From Stylophora pistillata (Eukaryota), in contig NW_019217912.1 in the NCBI RefSeq assembly GCF_002571385.2, positions 505,380-569,379 on the forward strand: a stretch of DNA of 64,000 nucleotides, in the 5' to 3' direction. Position numbers and translations under genes: made by a program. The notes beneath the pieces were generated by a model that was not told where the DNA came from, did not search any database, and worked only from the letters and a program-made list of their open reading frames with translations. Numbering within the stretch: position 1 is the stretch's first letter; every line of letters starts with the position of its first letter. Below, piece after piece: positions 1-12,628 of the stretch.

Positions 1-2
1 TA

Positions 3-365
3 GAGGTTCCGCAGGCAGCGCCGCCGCAGGTGAATCCACTGCTTCTGACACCAAGGGTGTTACCAATTGGGCCCATACTTCCCATCGCATCACCTGCACC
101 TTTACCACCACCAGTGGAAGAGACTGAACCCACAGAAGTTCCACAGGCCCCTCCTCGCTTCGCACCCTTGCTTCCACCCATTTTTCCCCTGCCAGGTCCT
201 AGTATCGCACCGAATCCCGCCTTAACTGCCCCAGACAGTTTGCTACCTGAACCAGAAGATGATAAACCATCGGTGCATGTTAATGTGGAAACATCAAGAT
301 CGAGTGTTCCTGAAACGGGTCGCCACTCTAAACAGCACGCAAACAGCCCAGCCAAACGTGGCTAG
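3..365 (+). CDS. 3' end of a Pro-rich protein gene (5' part lies outside the window); probable member of the secreted-protein cluster
   Basis: Frame open from position 3 (EVPQAAPPQV...) to TAG at 365. Pro-rich; ends ...KPSVHVNVETSRSSVP...KRG*, with the RSxVP motif seen in the downstream genes. Donor GAG|GTATGA at 391 and acceptor TTCCCTCTTCAG ending 803 suggest a 3'UTR intron. Confidence 0.75.
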   Translation, partial: EVPQAAPPQVNPLLLTPRVLPIGPILPIASPAPLPPPVEETEPTEVPQAPPRFAPLLPPIFPLPGPSIAPNPALTAPDSLLPEPEDDKPSVHVNVETSRSSVPETGRHSKQHANSPAKRG

Positions 366-2164
366 GCTGAGAGAGAAAATATTGCTCGAGGTATGATCAG
401 CTGTTAAGCGATTGTCGAATAAATTAAACAAGATGGTGAATAACGTAGCCACCTTTAAGCCAATTTAACAATAGACGGGACAGTAAAGTAACGTTGTACA
501 GAACAGATATATTACGCAACTAACCTCATGTTGACTTACACAATCTTGTATTTAATCTTATAACGTTACTTCTGAAACTAACTTTATCAGGTGAGATCAT
601 GAGCTCCATTTCACAGCTCATTATCTTTCGCCAAAAATAAACAGACTTTTCTGATGTCTGCCGTTTGTAATCAAAGAGTAAAGTAACTGAGTAAATAGGA
701 ACAAAACTGTGTTAAAGTAATACAAGAACACATGGACGACTCGTTTTAATCTACGAAATAAATTCCCTTTGTTGTCCTAATTTGATTTCTATTCCCTCTT
801 CAGGGCTTAGTGTGGATGTACACAAAAAAATTCAAACAGAAGAATAAAGGAAGACAACGTCAAGGAGCTGTTATAAATGATACGAAAGCCTTAAAATCTG
901 TGGATACTTTCAACAACCTCAACATGATTCCTATCCCGTTGCAAAATTGTTCATCTTTTTTTTTTGAGAGAGAAGTGGCCGAAAATTGGACAAACATAGC
1001 TTAACAGACGTCTTAACAGACCAGGACTTGAACTTGAATGAAATAATTTGGAAATACATGTATGATTCGAAATTGTCCATGTTCAATGAGACAGCACGAA
1101 CAAATATAAGTCTGAGCCGTTATCAATAATGCTACCGGCATAAAATACTTGTTTTTCTGTTGCAACAACATTTAGTTGACAGTTAGATCTTATTTCAGTG
1201 ACAATGTTAGCGCATTCTTTCTAAGAAAGCATATTGATTTCGAAACGCCACACTGGTGTTGCTTTTCTGTTGTCACTGCTTATCGAGTTAAAATCGAGCA
1301 ACGACGTTTTTCTTGAAAGCCCTTTTGCATGAAACGGTCCGTTTGTTCTTGCGTAAAAATACCTGAAATGCCAGAACTAAAAGCAAACGCACACCAAAGA
1401 GGAAGTACTAACTGAAAGTAATATTGCAATGGTATTTTATGTATGAACAGAAAACATCAGTCTCGTGCAAGTTGGCTTTTCTATCAAAATATTAAGATTT
1501 GAACCAGAAATCTTTTAGCTATACCTAGGTTATGAAACATCATGTTATTCGCTTTGATATCCAGGGATTCAAAGCCACTTACTGCCGGACGTTACCTGCA
1601 ATATTGTTCAATTTACATGTGTGATAATAACATTGAATTTCTTTTCGTTAATGTGGCAAGCAAGTATCCCAGCGCATGGAATAAAACGAGTCATGGAGTA
1701 TCAGAAACATTTTCTATGAATAAACACGTCGATAAAGTTATGTCATTTTAGAGACAATTGTGACAATAAAACATTGAATTTTAATTAAATTGTATCAGGT
1801 TGGTCCACTTTATGCTGCAACGGAAACTATCTGACGTGTCTTTGCCGATTAATCAGATGGTAAATTCTTAACTTACTTTGACTGATTTTTCACTTCCTTG
1901 ATGGCAACATTTGCTCACCCTCTTTCTTGCAAACAGCACACGTCTATCGTAAAGTAATGATATCATATTTCTCATTTATTGAGAGGTAACTCCATTTATA
2001 GCACATACTGGTCTATCTCGTGACATGATTTAAAAAAGCGCAATGCCACAGACCTCAACATTTAGAGTCATGGAAGCAATCTAAATTATTTTACTGCTGT
2101 TATGCACAAAGAAGGAAGCCTGTCTTCTAAAGCTGACATGTCGAGTATTAACCATTTGTCAGAG

Positions 2165-2275
2165 CTCGAGCAATTTACTTTATCAACTCAGTTGATAAAA
2201 CCAAATTATCGTTTAATATTCCCCACCGAAGTAGCACCACAGTTTCTCTAGAATTCTACCCCTTTATTCATTTGT
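2165..2275 (+). repeat. Penelope-derived dispersed repeat (pLTR 3' fragment); related copies at ~5081-5190 and ~57540-57685
   Basis: Shared TATCAACTCAGTTGATAAAACCAAATT...CCCCACC-A-G-AGCACCACAGTTTCT motif. The 5081 copy keeps a decayed hammerhead-like core CTGAAGAAGGGCTAATGCTC-AAA-GTCAG. The 57540 copy abuts Penelope RT sequence. Confidence 0.55.
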
Positions 2276-5200
2276 CCCCTGTTATGTCGTGTACAGGACG
2301 CGCACAGTAGTCAAGATGTAACTGACTGTTACTCCCACCTCATTGAATGTTTAGATGATGCTTCATTAACAGGGAAAAAGTTCAAAATTGCTTAACATAA
2401 TATTTCTCAAAATCCACGAGTGGATTTTAAACGTTTTAATGTGAATACACACTCTTGTAGGCACACACTTACGGACCAATGAAAGCCCATGTAGTATCTA
2501 ATGTCATGTTTCCATCATCGATTCTGGCCAATGATCACGATACTTCACTGAATTTTCACTAGTTTATTTACAAATGACTTAATACCCGCAAGATTTTCGT
2601 ATAACTCCACGCTCATTACGCAGACAGCTCTTAGACAAGTAAAAGACAACAATGGCAAATACAATGGATTACCTTTGGGACTACGGCTTCGATTTAGAAT
2701 AGTATGCGGTTGCACGAAAATCATTCCAGATTCCTTTCAATAAAACTATTCGCCCGTTCAACTGCTTGAAACTGCTAACAAAGTATGTCTAGGTGTCCTA
2801 TGTTCAAACAGGACTGTCCGCCATGTTGGACTGGACATTGCGCGACAGTCAAGAAACATCATTAAAAGCCTTGAAAACTCATCATCCGTGATGATTCACA
2901 CCGTTTAACTATTTCTCACCTACCTAAATAGGAAAAAGAAGATTTAGTGCATCTTGACTTCAACAGCTTCCTAGAGATTTTAGCTAGAAAACACCTAAGA
3001 ATTCTTTTTCCCTGTCAAACTTCGTAACCTCGTTCCAGGTTATTTCGGCCACTTCTAGAACGCCTGACAATTATGATACCTGATCCAAGTGAGCCTCTCA
3101 ATGAGTTGTTGGTTCTGACTTTTTCAGTTAAAGAAAATCTTATCTGCTGCAACAAAGATAGCGGACAGTTATGTACGTGTGAGTACAGAACTTTGAAAAA
3201 TGTTTGTTTATGTGGGAATTCGGATTGTTATTCTGTTATTTTTCACTTTGTCACTCTGTAAAGTGAAGATTTTCCTTATTTTCGTCCATCGATTTTTCTT
3301 TGGATGAAATGTTATTGATTAAATTGTCTTTTTATGTATAGATAAATTACGATTTGATTTCTTAGGAAATAACTTGGGGTTGTATGTATGCCACTTTCTT
3401 TTCAATGATCAGGAAATATATGAAAAACGTTTAATTTCTGTGAGTCAGTCATGAATGTGACACTCCATCTACATTGTACATTGTGTTGGGTCAATGAATC
3501 AATCTTTGTTAATCTTTATCAATCTTTAAACTTTATTTAAGGAGGGACGCTCGTTAACCCAAGGAGTTATCTAACATGAGGCTCTCAGAAGCATATTATC
3601 AACAGAAGGTTATAGGCTTCTGGTTAATTGCAATAATTAGTCTTAAGTATTGAATATTTTGGGGACTTAAATACAGAACACTTATGTTTAGCATACTGGA
3701 ATCTTATTTCATTACATGATAATGATATCAATATAGCATTGCCAATGTTGGTTAAAATGCTGGCTCAAAATTACAGGTATTTATTTCAAGGAAAAGTGTT
3801 AATTAAATGCATGCAAGCAAAAAATCAGTCTTGGTATCATGTTTATTGTTTGCCTGACATCATAACATTTGACAGATTGCTTTTAATGATTGGCTGAAAC
3901 AAGTTTAATCATACAACTTAATTTGCTTGAAAAGCATCTTTTCAGAAATGAAACATGATCATTCTGACTTGCCTACATGCAGATGTCTCCTATTTCTTTT
4001 GTTGCTGATGAAAAAAAGATGTCTGTGTAACACTGTCACTACTAATGTGTCTCACTGGCAGGATATTCAATTTTGCATGAATTATGAAATAATATCCACT
4101 TTCCATCTCTTTGGGCAACTGTTTACTTTTTCTTGCTTAGCCACTGAACCTTCATTTGTAACAACAGTTTTGCTTTCATCTTGAGCTTGTTCACGTGTGA
4201 TTTCCTTAAGTCTAACTGGAGAAAGGTTGGGAATAAAGTCAAATGTGGGATTAATGTTTTTCATAGGTATTGAAGGAAGAATCAAGCCACAAATTTTCCA
4301 TGATTACTCTAAAAGAATTCTCTTCCAAGGAGAAACATACTCTTCTGCAGTTAAATCATGTGACTGTACAGCCTTTTTCCTGATAGAAAGCCCTGCCTTA
4401 TAGGCTTTGGAACTGTAGCTCTGCAAAATTTCTTTGCAGAGTTCTCATAAGTTGTGCGAAGTCCATGCCACTTTTGCAGTTTTCTCAGACACTGTTTACA
4501 AATTATGATGTGATGTATCATGCATAGTAAATTATAAAGAAATAATTTCCTTGTACACGTTAAAATTTTTCTGCGGCCTTGCACTTTCAATCGCTCTGTT
4601 TTTCAATTGATGAAAAACACAATTGCACAGTCATGTTTTTATTTATTTGTTTGGTTGAAAAACCCTGCTCACATGAATCAATGCATACATTATCAGACCA
4701 GATTTGATAACAACCACTTAGCATTTAGTCAAACAATTGGCACTATGTGTCAGCCTATCACAGCCTGTTCCCAAAATTAACCCAGCAGGATGTTGGAAAA
4801 CAATTAGCAACAGTGTTATGCAGACGTCCCATTTCCACGTACAACTGAGGAAATAGGAGATGTCTGCACGCAGGCAAAGTCCTGAAGTCACAAATTCTCA
4901 TGGAAGATTACCTAAGCTGGAAAATAATTATAAAAGTCAATATGAAATGTTAAGATCTGTTTTTGCTTCTGCAGAGCACAGTTTTCTATCTGTATTTTAT
5001 ACAGACCAAGTTTTTCCTTTACAGTATGTAATTTCCATTAGTTTCTGCATATAGACACATACAATCCGCAAGTCCTCCTTTCACTCTGAAGAAGGGCTAA
5101 TGCTCAAAAAGTCAGCTTAAAAACTTGAAACTCAGTAAATTAGCAACTCAGACCAAAATTACCTAAAACACCACAGCTCTACCCCCTTTTTCTTTTAAGT

Positions 5201-5479
5201 GAGTTGAGTGAAATTAAACCCAGCAGTCATTTTTCTGTAATGTTGTTTTCTATTATTATTATTGAAAAATAATCAGTCTCCTTGTAGGCTTTTCAAGTTT
5301 TGAATAGAGCAACTTGCACTGATGAAGGGTGTCATAACAAAACCAATCTTGCAATCACAACACATTGTACTGACTGTTGATAAAATGTGAGGCAACTGTC
5401 AACCAAAGCCCAGTAGGTGACCCTTATTACACTGTACATCACTGAAATGCTAACCATAGGCAATTAAATTGCAGTTTTG

Positions 5480-6209
5480 TTAAATCACAGGATGCCTAAG
5501 CGTACTGTGTGACTTTGGGGTGTAAAGTATATTGATGGTTAAATAACTAACATATTAAGATCAAATTTCAAGCATATGTGTGGGCTGTTAAAAAAAGGAC
5601 AAATTTTAAAAAAAAATTAAGAAAAAATTTAGAAGGATAATGAAAGCAAGGAATAAAACATGCAAAGTCTCCTTACCTTTTTTCCGTAGCTGCTTCGTTG
5701 CGAACGGTCGTTTTAACGCTGTTTTGGCGACTTGCTTTGTAACGCGTGCGGTGTCAACAGTCAACTGTAAGATAGGAAAAATTATAAAAAAAAATTACGA
5801 AAAAATTAAAAAGGAAAATAAAAGCGAGGAATATATCGTATGAAGTCTCCTTTCCTTTTTTCCGTAGCTTCTTTGTTGTTTACAGTCCATTTAACGCCAT
5901 TTTGGCGACCTTCTTTGCAACGCGTGTGGTGCTACCGGTCAACTGTGTATAAACAAGTCGACAAAACAACGTTAAAACGACCGTTGGCAACAAAGCGACT
6001 ATGGAAAAAAGGTATAAGGAGACTTTGCATGTTTTATTCCTTGCTTTTATTATCCTTCTAAATTTTTTCTTAATTTTTTTTTTAATTTGTCCTTTGTTAA
6101 CGGCCCACATGTATGCTTGAAATTTGATCTTAATAATTATGTTAGTTATTACCATCAACGTACTTTACACCCCAAAGTCACACAGTACACTTGGGCCACC
6201 TGTGGTTAA
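5480..6209. mobile_element. Non-autonomous DNA transposon (MITE) with ~250-bp inverted arms and TTAA flanks (piggyBac-like)
   Basis: 5480-~5735 is the reverse complement of ~5955-6209 (e.g. GTACTGTGTGACTTTGGGGTGTAAAGT / ACTTTACACCCCAAAGTCACACAGTAC). TTAA at 5480-5483 and 6206-6209. Confidence 0.8.
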
Positions 6210-8167
6210 ATGATCAATGGGCAAAATATTACCTATTCAATCACAGCAGTTCATCACCAATCCATATTGTTGAATATTCCCACTAGTAAAAATTAAATGA
6301 ACTTCATTGGTGATGCACTGGAGTGCAAACAAACTTTTTAACTTTTTACTTTTATCTTGAAATATATCTCTTTGTGGCTGATGCACTAGCCAATATATGC
6401 ATTTTGTTTGGATTGAGTTGTTATCATTCCTTGTCAAGAATTTAAAATGCCTTTATGATTGCACCTTTTGACAGGAAAATAACCAAATAAAACTTATTTC
6501 ATAAAAAAAAAATTGTAAAACAAACAGCTTACTTAAATGCAAATAACATTCTGATAAAGACTCCCTTAAGTTTTTAAAACTGTTGCACAATGATAAATTG
6601 TCATGCCTTGCAAGCTTTTATTTTTAATTTTTCTAAAGGTACCATAAAATTCTTCTAAGAAGCCCTGAAGGGGTGAAGGGGTTGTGACAAAGATAAAAAA
6701 AAAAAACATCTTTTGCAGTAATCTTAGCAGGTTGTATATAGCAGATTGAAATGCTTCTCTGATTTACTGTTTCTAAATCAAACATTCAAATATTAAGACT
6801 AAAGGAAGGCCTGATAAAGAGATTAATTATGAGACCCTGTGTCCCTACTCACACAGTTGCATAGAAAACCATAGTCTGAAAGCTGATGTGTGCAGGGGCA
6901 GAGCAAAAAACTATCTAGTTCTGCACCCACATTACTATATAATAGCTTTGTTGCAAGGAACAAAGAAAATATTTCAAAAGGTCGTATTTTTCAATGAATG
7001 GTGAGTTTCTTGTACTGTCTTGAAAATGAAAAAAAAATTAATTGTCAAATGTTTTGTGAGCACCTATTGCATCCTATACTTAGGTTGAAAAAGAATTTTC
7101 CAGGTTTCAACACATAATGGTGATATAAAATGTTTATGTTTATTGACTGAGTTTAGTCAGGCTAGATAGGAAAATATTTTACTCTTAGACATGATGTGCA
7201 AACCTCACTGCACTTGGTTTGTGCATCATGACCTTAATTGAGCCAAATATTTCACCATATGCCCCCTCCCACACAATTAATAAGTTCGTAGTAGTACATG
7301 TTGGTGTCAGGGACTCTCCCAGTGATACATACCACAGAATTTTTAAACACTGAAGGTGTGACCCTCACCACACAACATTTCTGGCACTGAAGCTGTGCTG
7401 TTTAGAAGGTGTCATCAATGTACGTAGTCAATTGATAATTTGAATGTGTGTCAGACATGACACTTTTTCTGACCTGGGGGACAGAAAAGTGTATGGAAGC
7501 ATCATGCATTCTCCCTCGGCAGGAAAACACAACAATATAATAAAATCACAGGCCATTTCAACCACAGGTTCTCCTTTGCAAATTACAGAACCCCCTGTTT
7601 GTTTTGCAAATTACAGATTTCTCAATTTGCAAACTGTTCATATGCAGCTTAGGCAAAATTCAGCTTATTGTTTATCCTTTGTCTTTGACGTATTTCGGCG
7701 ACATGGTTGCGGACTCAAGTTCTGTAAAATACCTCTAATTCGAAATGTTTTGGGAAACGAAAGAACAGATTGGTATTACGAGCAGTTAAAGTAAAGGGTT
7801 AAAGCAGGTTCTAAATGATTAAGTCTAAAATCAGCCTACAGCAAGTCGCCGTCACAGTATCTTTATAAAATTTAACGGAAGTTTACGAAGTACTATTCGA
7901 TAGTTTTCGCCGGGTCAGAAAAATGATTTGAATTACAAATAATTTTGAAACATTTTCATATTTGAGATCAGGCTTGCACGTGGAAAGACCTTACGAGCTC
8001 TAAGAAATGTAAGCGTGTTTTTCAGCTTCTCTGAGGCCAGGAAATACTTCATTTCAATCCAAATACCTTGGATATTGTCCGTTCTGTCAAGGCAGGAGAG
8101 TATTTCCTCGAGGTCGCTGAACCAAGGGGTTTGAATTCAACGACGAAGATGGACAGGTAGAATTGTC

Positions 8168-11100
8168 ATGATGTCACGACTTTTTCAAGGTAAATACGGC
8201 CTACGTATAGATATAGTTTTGATAGAAATACAGTGTTCGTGTTTCTCGTAGTTGCTCTAGTAAAATTAGAACTAAGAGTTAAACGTAAAAGAGAGGAGCA
8301 TGTTATACAGAGTGCAGTTTAAGACAAATCTCCAGTCGTGATAGCCATGTCAGTTCTTAATGAACCAAGTGATTTTCTGGGCAGCAGCGAAATGTAAACT
8401 GCGATGAGACACTACCCCAACTGATATTCGGTTTATGACTTATTTATTTTTATTCCCTCACTTATAATTATTCTGTACACATTTTTTTTTATGTAAGTAT
8501 TACCACGTTAAATTTGTTTTATCCCGCCTGATATTTCTCCTGCTCCAATCTCCGCCAGCGAAAGGAAAGTCGAGTCGCCTAAAATTTTCGACGTACAATC
8601 GGTGCTCTGGATCAATGAATGAATGAATCAATTTATTATTGACATGACGAGGGTGAGGTTGCCCTTAAATCTGAGCAAGAGGCTCATTTGTAAAACGTAT
8701 GACAACCCTGGTGGAATTATCAGATCTTGTGAACTTGGTGACGATAATTAACGCTTACAGTGGTTCTCTCCTCTCGGGTTCATTAAAAATTGTTACAAAT
8801 TGACTTGTCAGAGACAGTTGATAAAACGCTTAGGGGTAACTTGTTTTGAGCTAGCATCTCGTATATAAATGTTGAACATAAATGTATCTGACTGTATTAG
8901 GAGTTTTCAGTTCTCTGAAAACTATCTTCCTTCACTCGACACATACTGGGTAAGGGATAAAGGGACTCCTACCAACTTTTCCTTTTTCTTTCCAAACGTC
9001 ACTTGTTACTCCATTAAGCCATGAAGTGAAGATGTGTGTGTAAGTATTCTCATATATATCAGTGGCGTCCATTTGACGCGAAAATGTGCTTGGATAATTG
9101 TCCACGGACAAGAGGAAAACTGTGAGTTTCGAGAAAAGAAATTTCCTGTTGCCTTCGTTCAATCAGAGACTTTTAAATTTTCAATCGATAATGTGATGGC
9201 TCTAATTGACTCTTGCGATTCCGACATTGATCTTCATCACTCACAATAGCGAACGATCTAACGTGGAACGACCATGTAACTGAGATAACCAAAAAGGCTA
9301 ACAAGAGACTCAACTTCCTAACTCAGTTAAAGAGAGCGGGAGTTCCGAAACAAGATCTAGCACTAATCTACGTATCATACGTGAGATCTGTGATTGATTA
9401 TGCAGCACCTGTCTTTTTTAACGGTCTCCCCCAGAACTTAAAGAAAGAGCTGGTACGGCTCGGGTAAAGAGCAATATCAATAATAACCTCAGGAAAGTGC
9501 AACTCGGCAATAGAGGTGGGGTTAACACCCATTTTGGAGCATTGTTACGTACTATGTAGCAGGCTTTTTGATAGCCTTGTCAGTGATCCAAACCATAAAT
9601 TGAAGGCGCTCCTTCCACCAGACCATGTCAACTCACGCTATAACCTAAGAAAACAGCGCCTTTTTAATATGCCAAAGCTTTGCACGAACAGAACAAGTAT
9701 AACAGAACAAGTATATGCGATGTCGAAACAGTCCGGGCTGTAGTTTTATCCCATTTATATTCATGCTTTATATTTTAACGTATTTATATGAATATGTTGT
9801 ATAGAATTTTTTAATATTATCTTAAAAATCAGTTTTTGATATATTATCTAGGATTCATTTGTAATTTTCAAGTATTATAAAGTTTTTGTAAATAATTGCG
9901 TAATTCAGCCTTTGACTGCGATGCAGTTTTAATAAACTATCTATCTATCCATCGATATAAGTACGAACGTTTTTACAATACAATAAATGTTTCTTATTTC
10001 TCAGGACATGTGGACAGCGTCAGGAATAGGATGAGGTTATCACTAAATCAAGAAATTCAAGAGAAGAAAGGAAAACAAAACAACTTCCGGAAACGTGAGT
10101 TATTTACTTGTTTGTTTTTTATGAATTCGCTCTCTGTGACTGTGAGTCCGGTCGGCTGCATGGTCTGTAATGAACGCTTTAACCTGGATTTATCGAATGT
10201 CTGAAATTCAAAAGCACAATGATTCTGTTTTCTTTACTTTTTTTATTTCTGGCGAATCTCTCTTTGATCAAGATGATTTTCAGTCGTTTACAACACTGCT
10301 AGGTTGATGAATTTAAACTGCCTAGTTGTTTCTGTTGATGTTAAATCACTAGAGTGACAAAAAAACGTCTAGTCCTTGTTAAGCTCTTGACGTTAATACC
10401 AAATTCATTGTGTTTAAAAGTCGATAATTCTTAAACATGACCCAAGGGTTGTTTTAAGATCGCACCAAAAAATTGATGTTCGCATGATGATTTTTCAAAA
10501 TTAGATCTTGTGTATTTCTTTCAATAAGAACTTTGATGGTGTAAATGTCTAATACTCTAAAAATTGCTATTTCTCATTTCTTTTTTCGAATTCTATTTGT
10601 AAACCTCTGAGTTTCATTGTGTAGTATTTTTTGGACAAAATTAAGATTTTCTCACTTCATTCAATTTAATAAATCGACAGTGGTTTAGCGTAGTCTGTAC
10701 TACAATCGACAGCGATATTCGTCATCTCGGTGACCAAAATGTTGTGGACTCGCGAGGTGCAGGGGAAAACAATTCCCTGGATTATTATCATATGATCTGA
10801 AGTGGGTAAACAAAACATTTAAGTTACTGAAAGAGGTCTATAGTCAAGTATTCAGTCCTTAACGTCTAAAGCAAACTTAAACAACATGCTCCAAAAGTAG
10901 AGACGTCTTCGCAAATAGTTATTAACTGATTTAGATTTACTGAATCAAAATCCAAAAAGGTTTTGTAGGTTAACTTTTAATATCCCAGCTCTTGAGGCTG
11001 AAAACACAATTTCAAAGAGCTTGCTCTTAAAATAGATATTATTTTCTCGAATTTTATTCTTGAGTTTATCATCAAGCGATATAGAATTAGCCCATTTAGC

Positions 11101-11616
11101 CCATGATGCAAACACCAAATTAAAAGAATGTGCCCCAAGAATTAAACATTCTTGTTACGCCGCAAAATGTAATTATCGCCAAAAAATGTAATACTGACGC
11201 AAATTGCAAACTAAGGCAAAGTGTACGAAATAATATCGACGCAAAATATAATAACTTTTTAACGCGAGATGTAATAACTTCTTTAACGCATTGTGTGACA
11301 ACGCAAAATGTATTAGCTTTCGTATGACCTCTATTCTCTTAAGTTAATTGTGTTACCCATAGTAAGCAGGGTTCCCTCGCTTCTGAATTAATACCGAAGT
11401 ATCTTTCAATTCGGTTACTTTGAAGATTCTTTTAACGATTACAAGTTATTTCTCTTTTTCTGTTTAAAGAGAATGTTACGCAAATTTCGTTCTCCTGACA
11501 TCTGTAGAAAAATATACATTGTCACTTTTTACGACGCCAAACAGTAATCATTTAAGTGTAAACGTGGCCTATACTTAGAATTGTTTTCAGGCAAGCAGAA
11601 ACACTCCAGCACCTAG
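8168..11616 (+). CDS. Candidate 3-exon small ORF, 45 aa, basic (join 8168-8189,10005-10094,11591-11616); may instead be a lncRNA
   Basis: Canonical GT-AG sites with matching phase 1 give MMSRLFQGHVDSVRNRMRLSLNQEIQEKKGKQNNFRKRKQKHSST*. No homology recognised. Confidence 0.25.
9247..9950 (+). mobile_element. 5'-truncated non-LTR retrotransposon (L2/CR1 group), RT C-terminus plus 3'UTR
   Basis: Translates DLTWNDHVTEITKKANKRLNFLTQLKRAGV...RSVIDYAAPVFFNGLP...HKLKALLPP...RYNLR with an in-frame stop. Ends TTCAGCCTTTGACTGC...AATAAA(CTAT)n. Confidence 0.85.
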
Positions 11617-12628
11617 TAACAGTAATCAAGCAAGTGAGCACAGGCCAAAATGGTGAAAACCTACCAAACGTTTCGTCGTCATTCACATGGTCTCTTTGAA
11701 CCCTGACATCCTTGAGGCAGTTATATGACAAACGTTACGCCTGTATCCTTATATGCGTCTGCCCTTGAGAGATGTTTTCTAATGAACCCCCTCTCCTCCC
11801 CCTTCATTGATAAGCTAATTATGACGGTGCAAGAGAGAAAAATAAAGATGTATGAACTTTTTTAACTTTTTACAAGACAGTGAATAATAAGAACAATATG
11901 TGTCAAAGAGGGAAGGTTTTTTTTGTGCTTACACCTGGTAAGATTTTATCGTTTTTACAAGACTGAGAGTGGTAAAGGGGGGGTGGTCAAGATCACGTTT
12001 CACGGAAAATAAATTGGTCCTTTCACAATTCACGGGAAATAACATCACTGTCGAAACTACAACCAAAATCACGGTTCACGACGAATTAAATACTTCTTTC
12101 TCATTTCACGGAGATTTATTTTGGAAAATCACAATTCACGGCTACTAATGAAATCGCGTTTCACGGGGAAAAAATAGGCCATTCACGAATCACGAAAATA
12201 CCCTTTACCATCCTCAAGACTGTCCTTTTAATTTCTACGTTAGCTTAGTCCTTTTTTTCCGCCCTGGAACAAGCTGTGTAGTGATGCATAATATCTTCGT
12301 TAAAAAAATAAGCGAACTCGCTTTTAATCGGAGGAGCAACGTTGGTTAATCTTTACTTTATTATGAGGTATCCCTGGAAAGAAAACAGCAAGACCCTCCA
12401 TCCTCATAGAGAATCTGCTTGAATACACATGACTTTCGCATTTCGCCGCTGACCTTTGATATAGTATTTCAATTTCACTTACTTGTATCACATTTTGAGT
12501 TTTTCGATTATCCGTTAGAAAACTTATTACATTTTTCGTCGAGTAATTTATTACATTTTAAGTTGAAGTTATTACGTTTTGCGCTAGTACTACATTTTGG
12601 TGCGATTATTTCATCTTGCGGCGTAAAA
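11153..12628. mobile_element. Degenerate TIR element with subterminal ATGTAATAA-type repeats
   Basis: Left end TGTTACGCCGCAAAATGTAATTATCGC matches the reverse complement of right end GCGATTATTTCATCTTGCGGCGTAAAA. Internal TGTAATA/TATTACA arrays at both ends. Confidence 0.65.
11965..12215. mobile_element. Nested MITE with TTCACG repeats and a 6-bp target-site duplication
   Basis: TIRs GAGAGTGGTAAAGGG / CCCTTTACCATCCTC; AAGACT at 11959-11964 and 12216-12221. Confidence 0.75.

Noticed and set aside
3900-4600. Coding-looking minus-strand stretch
   Set aside because: Stops in all frames, no recognisable homology and no consistent exon chain.
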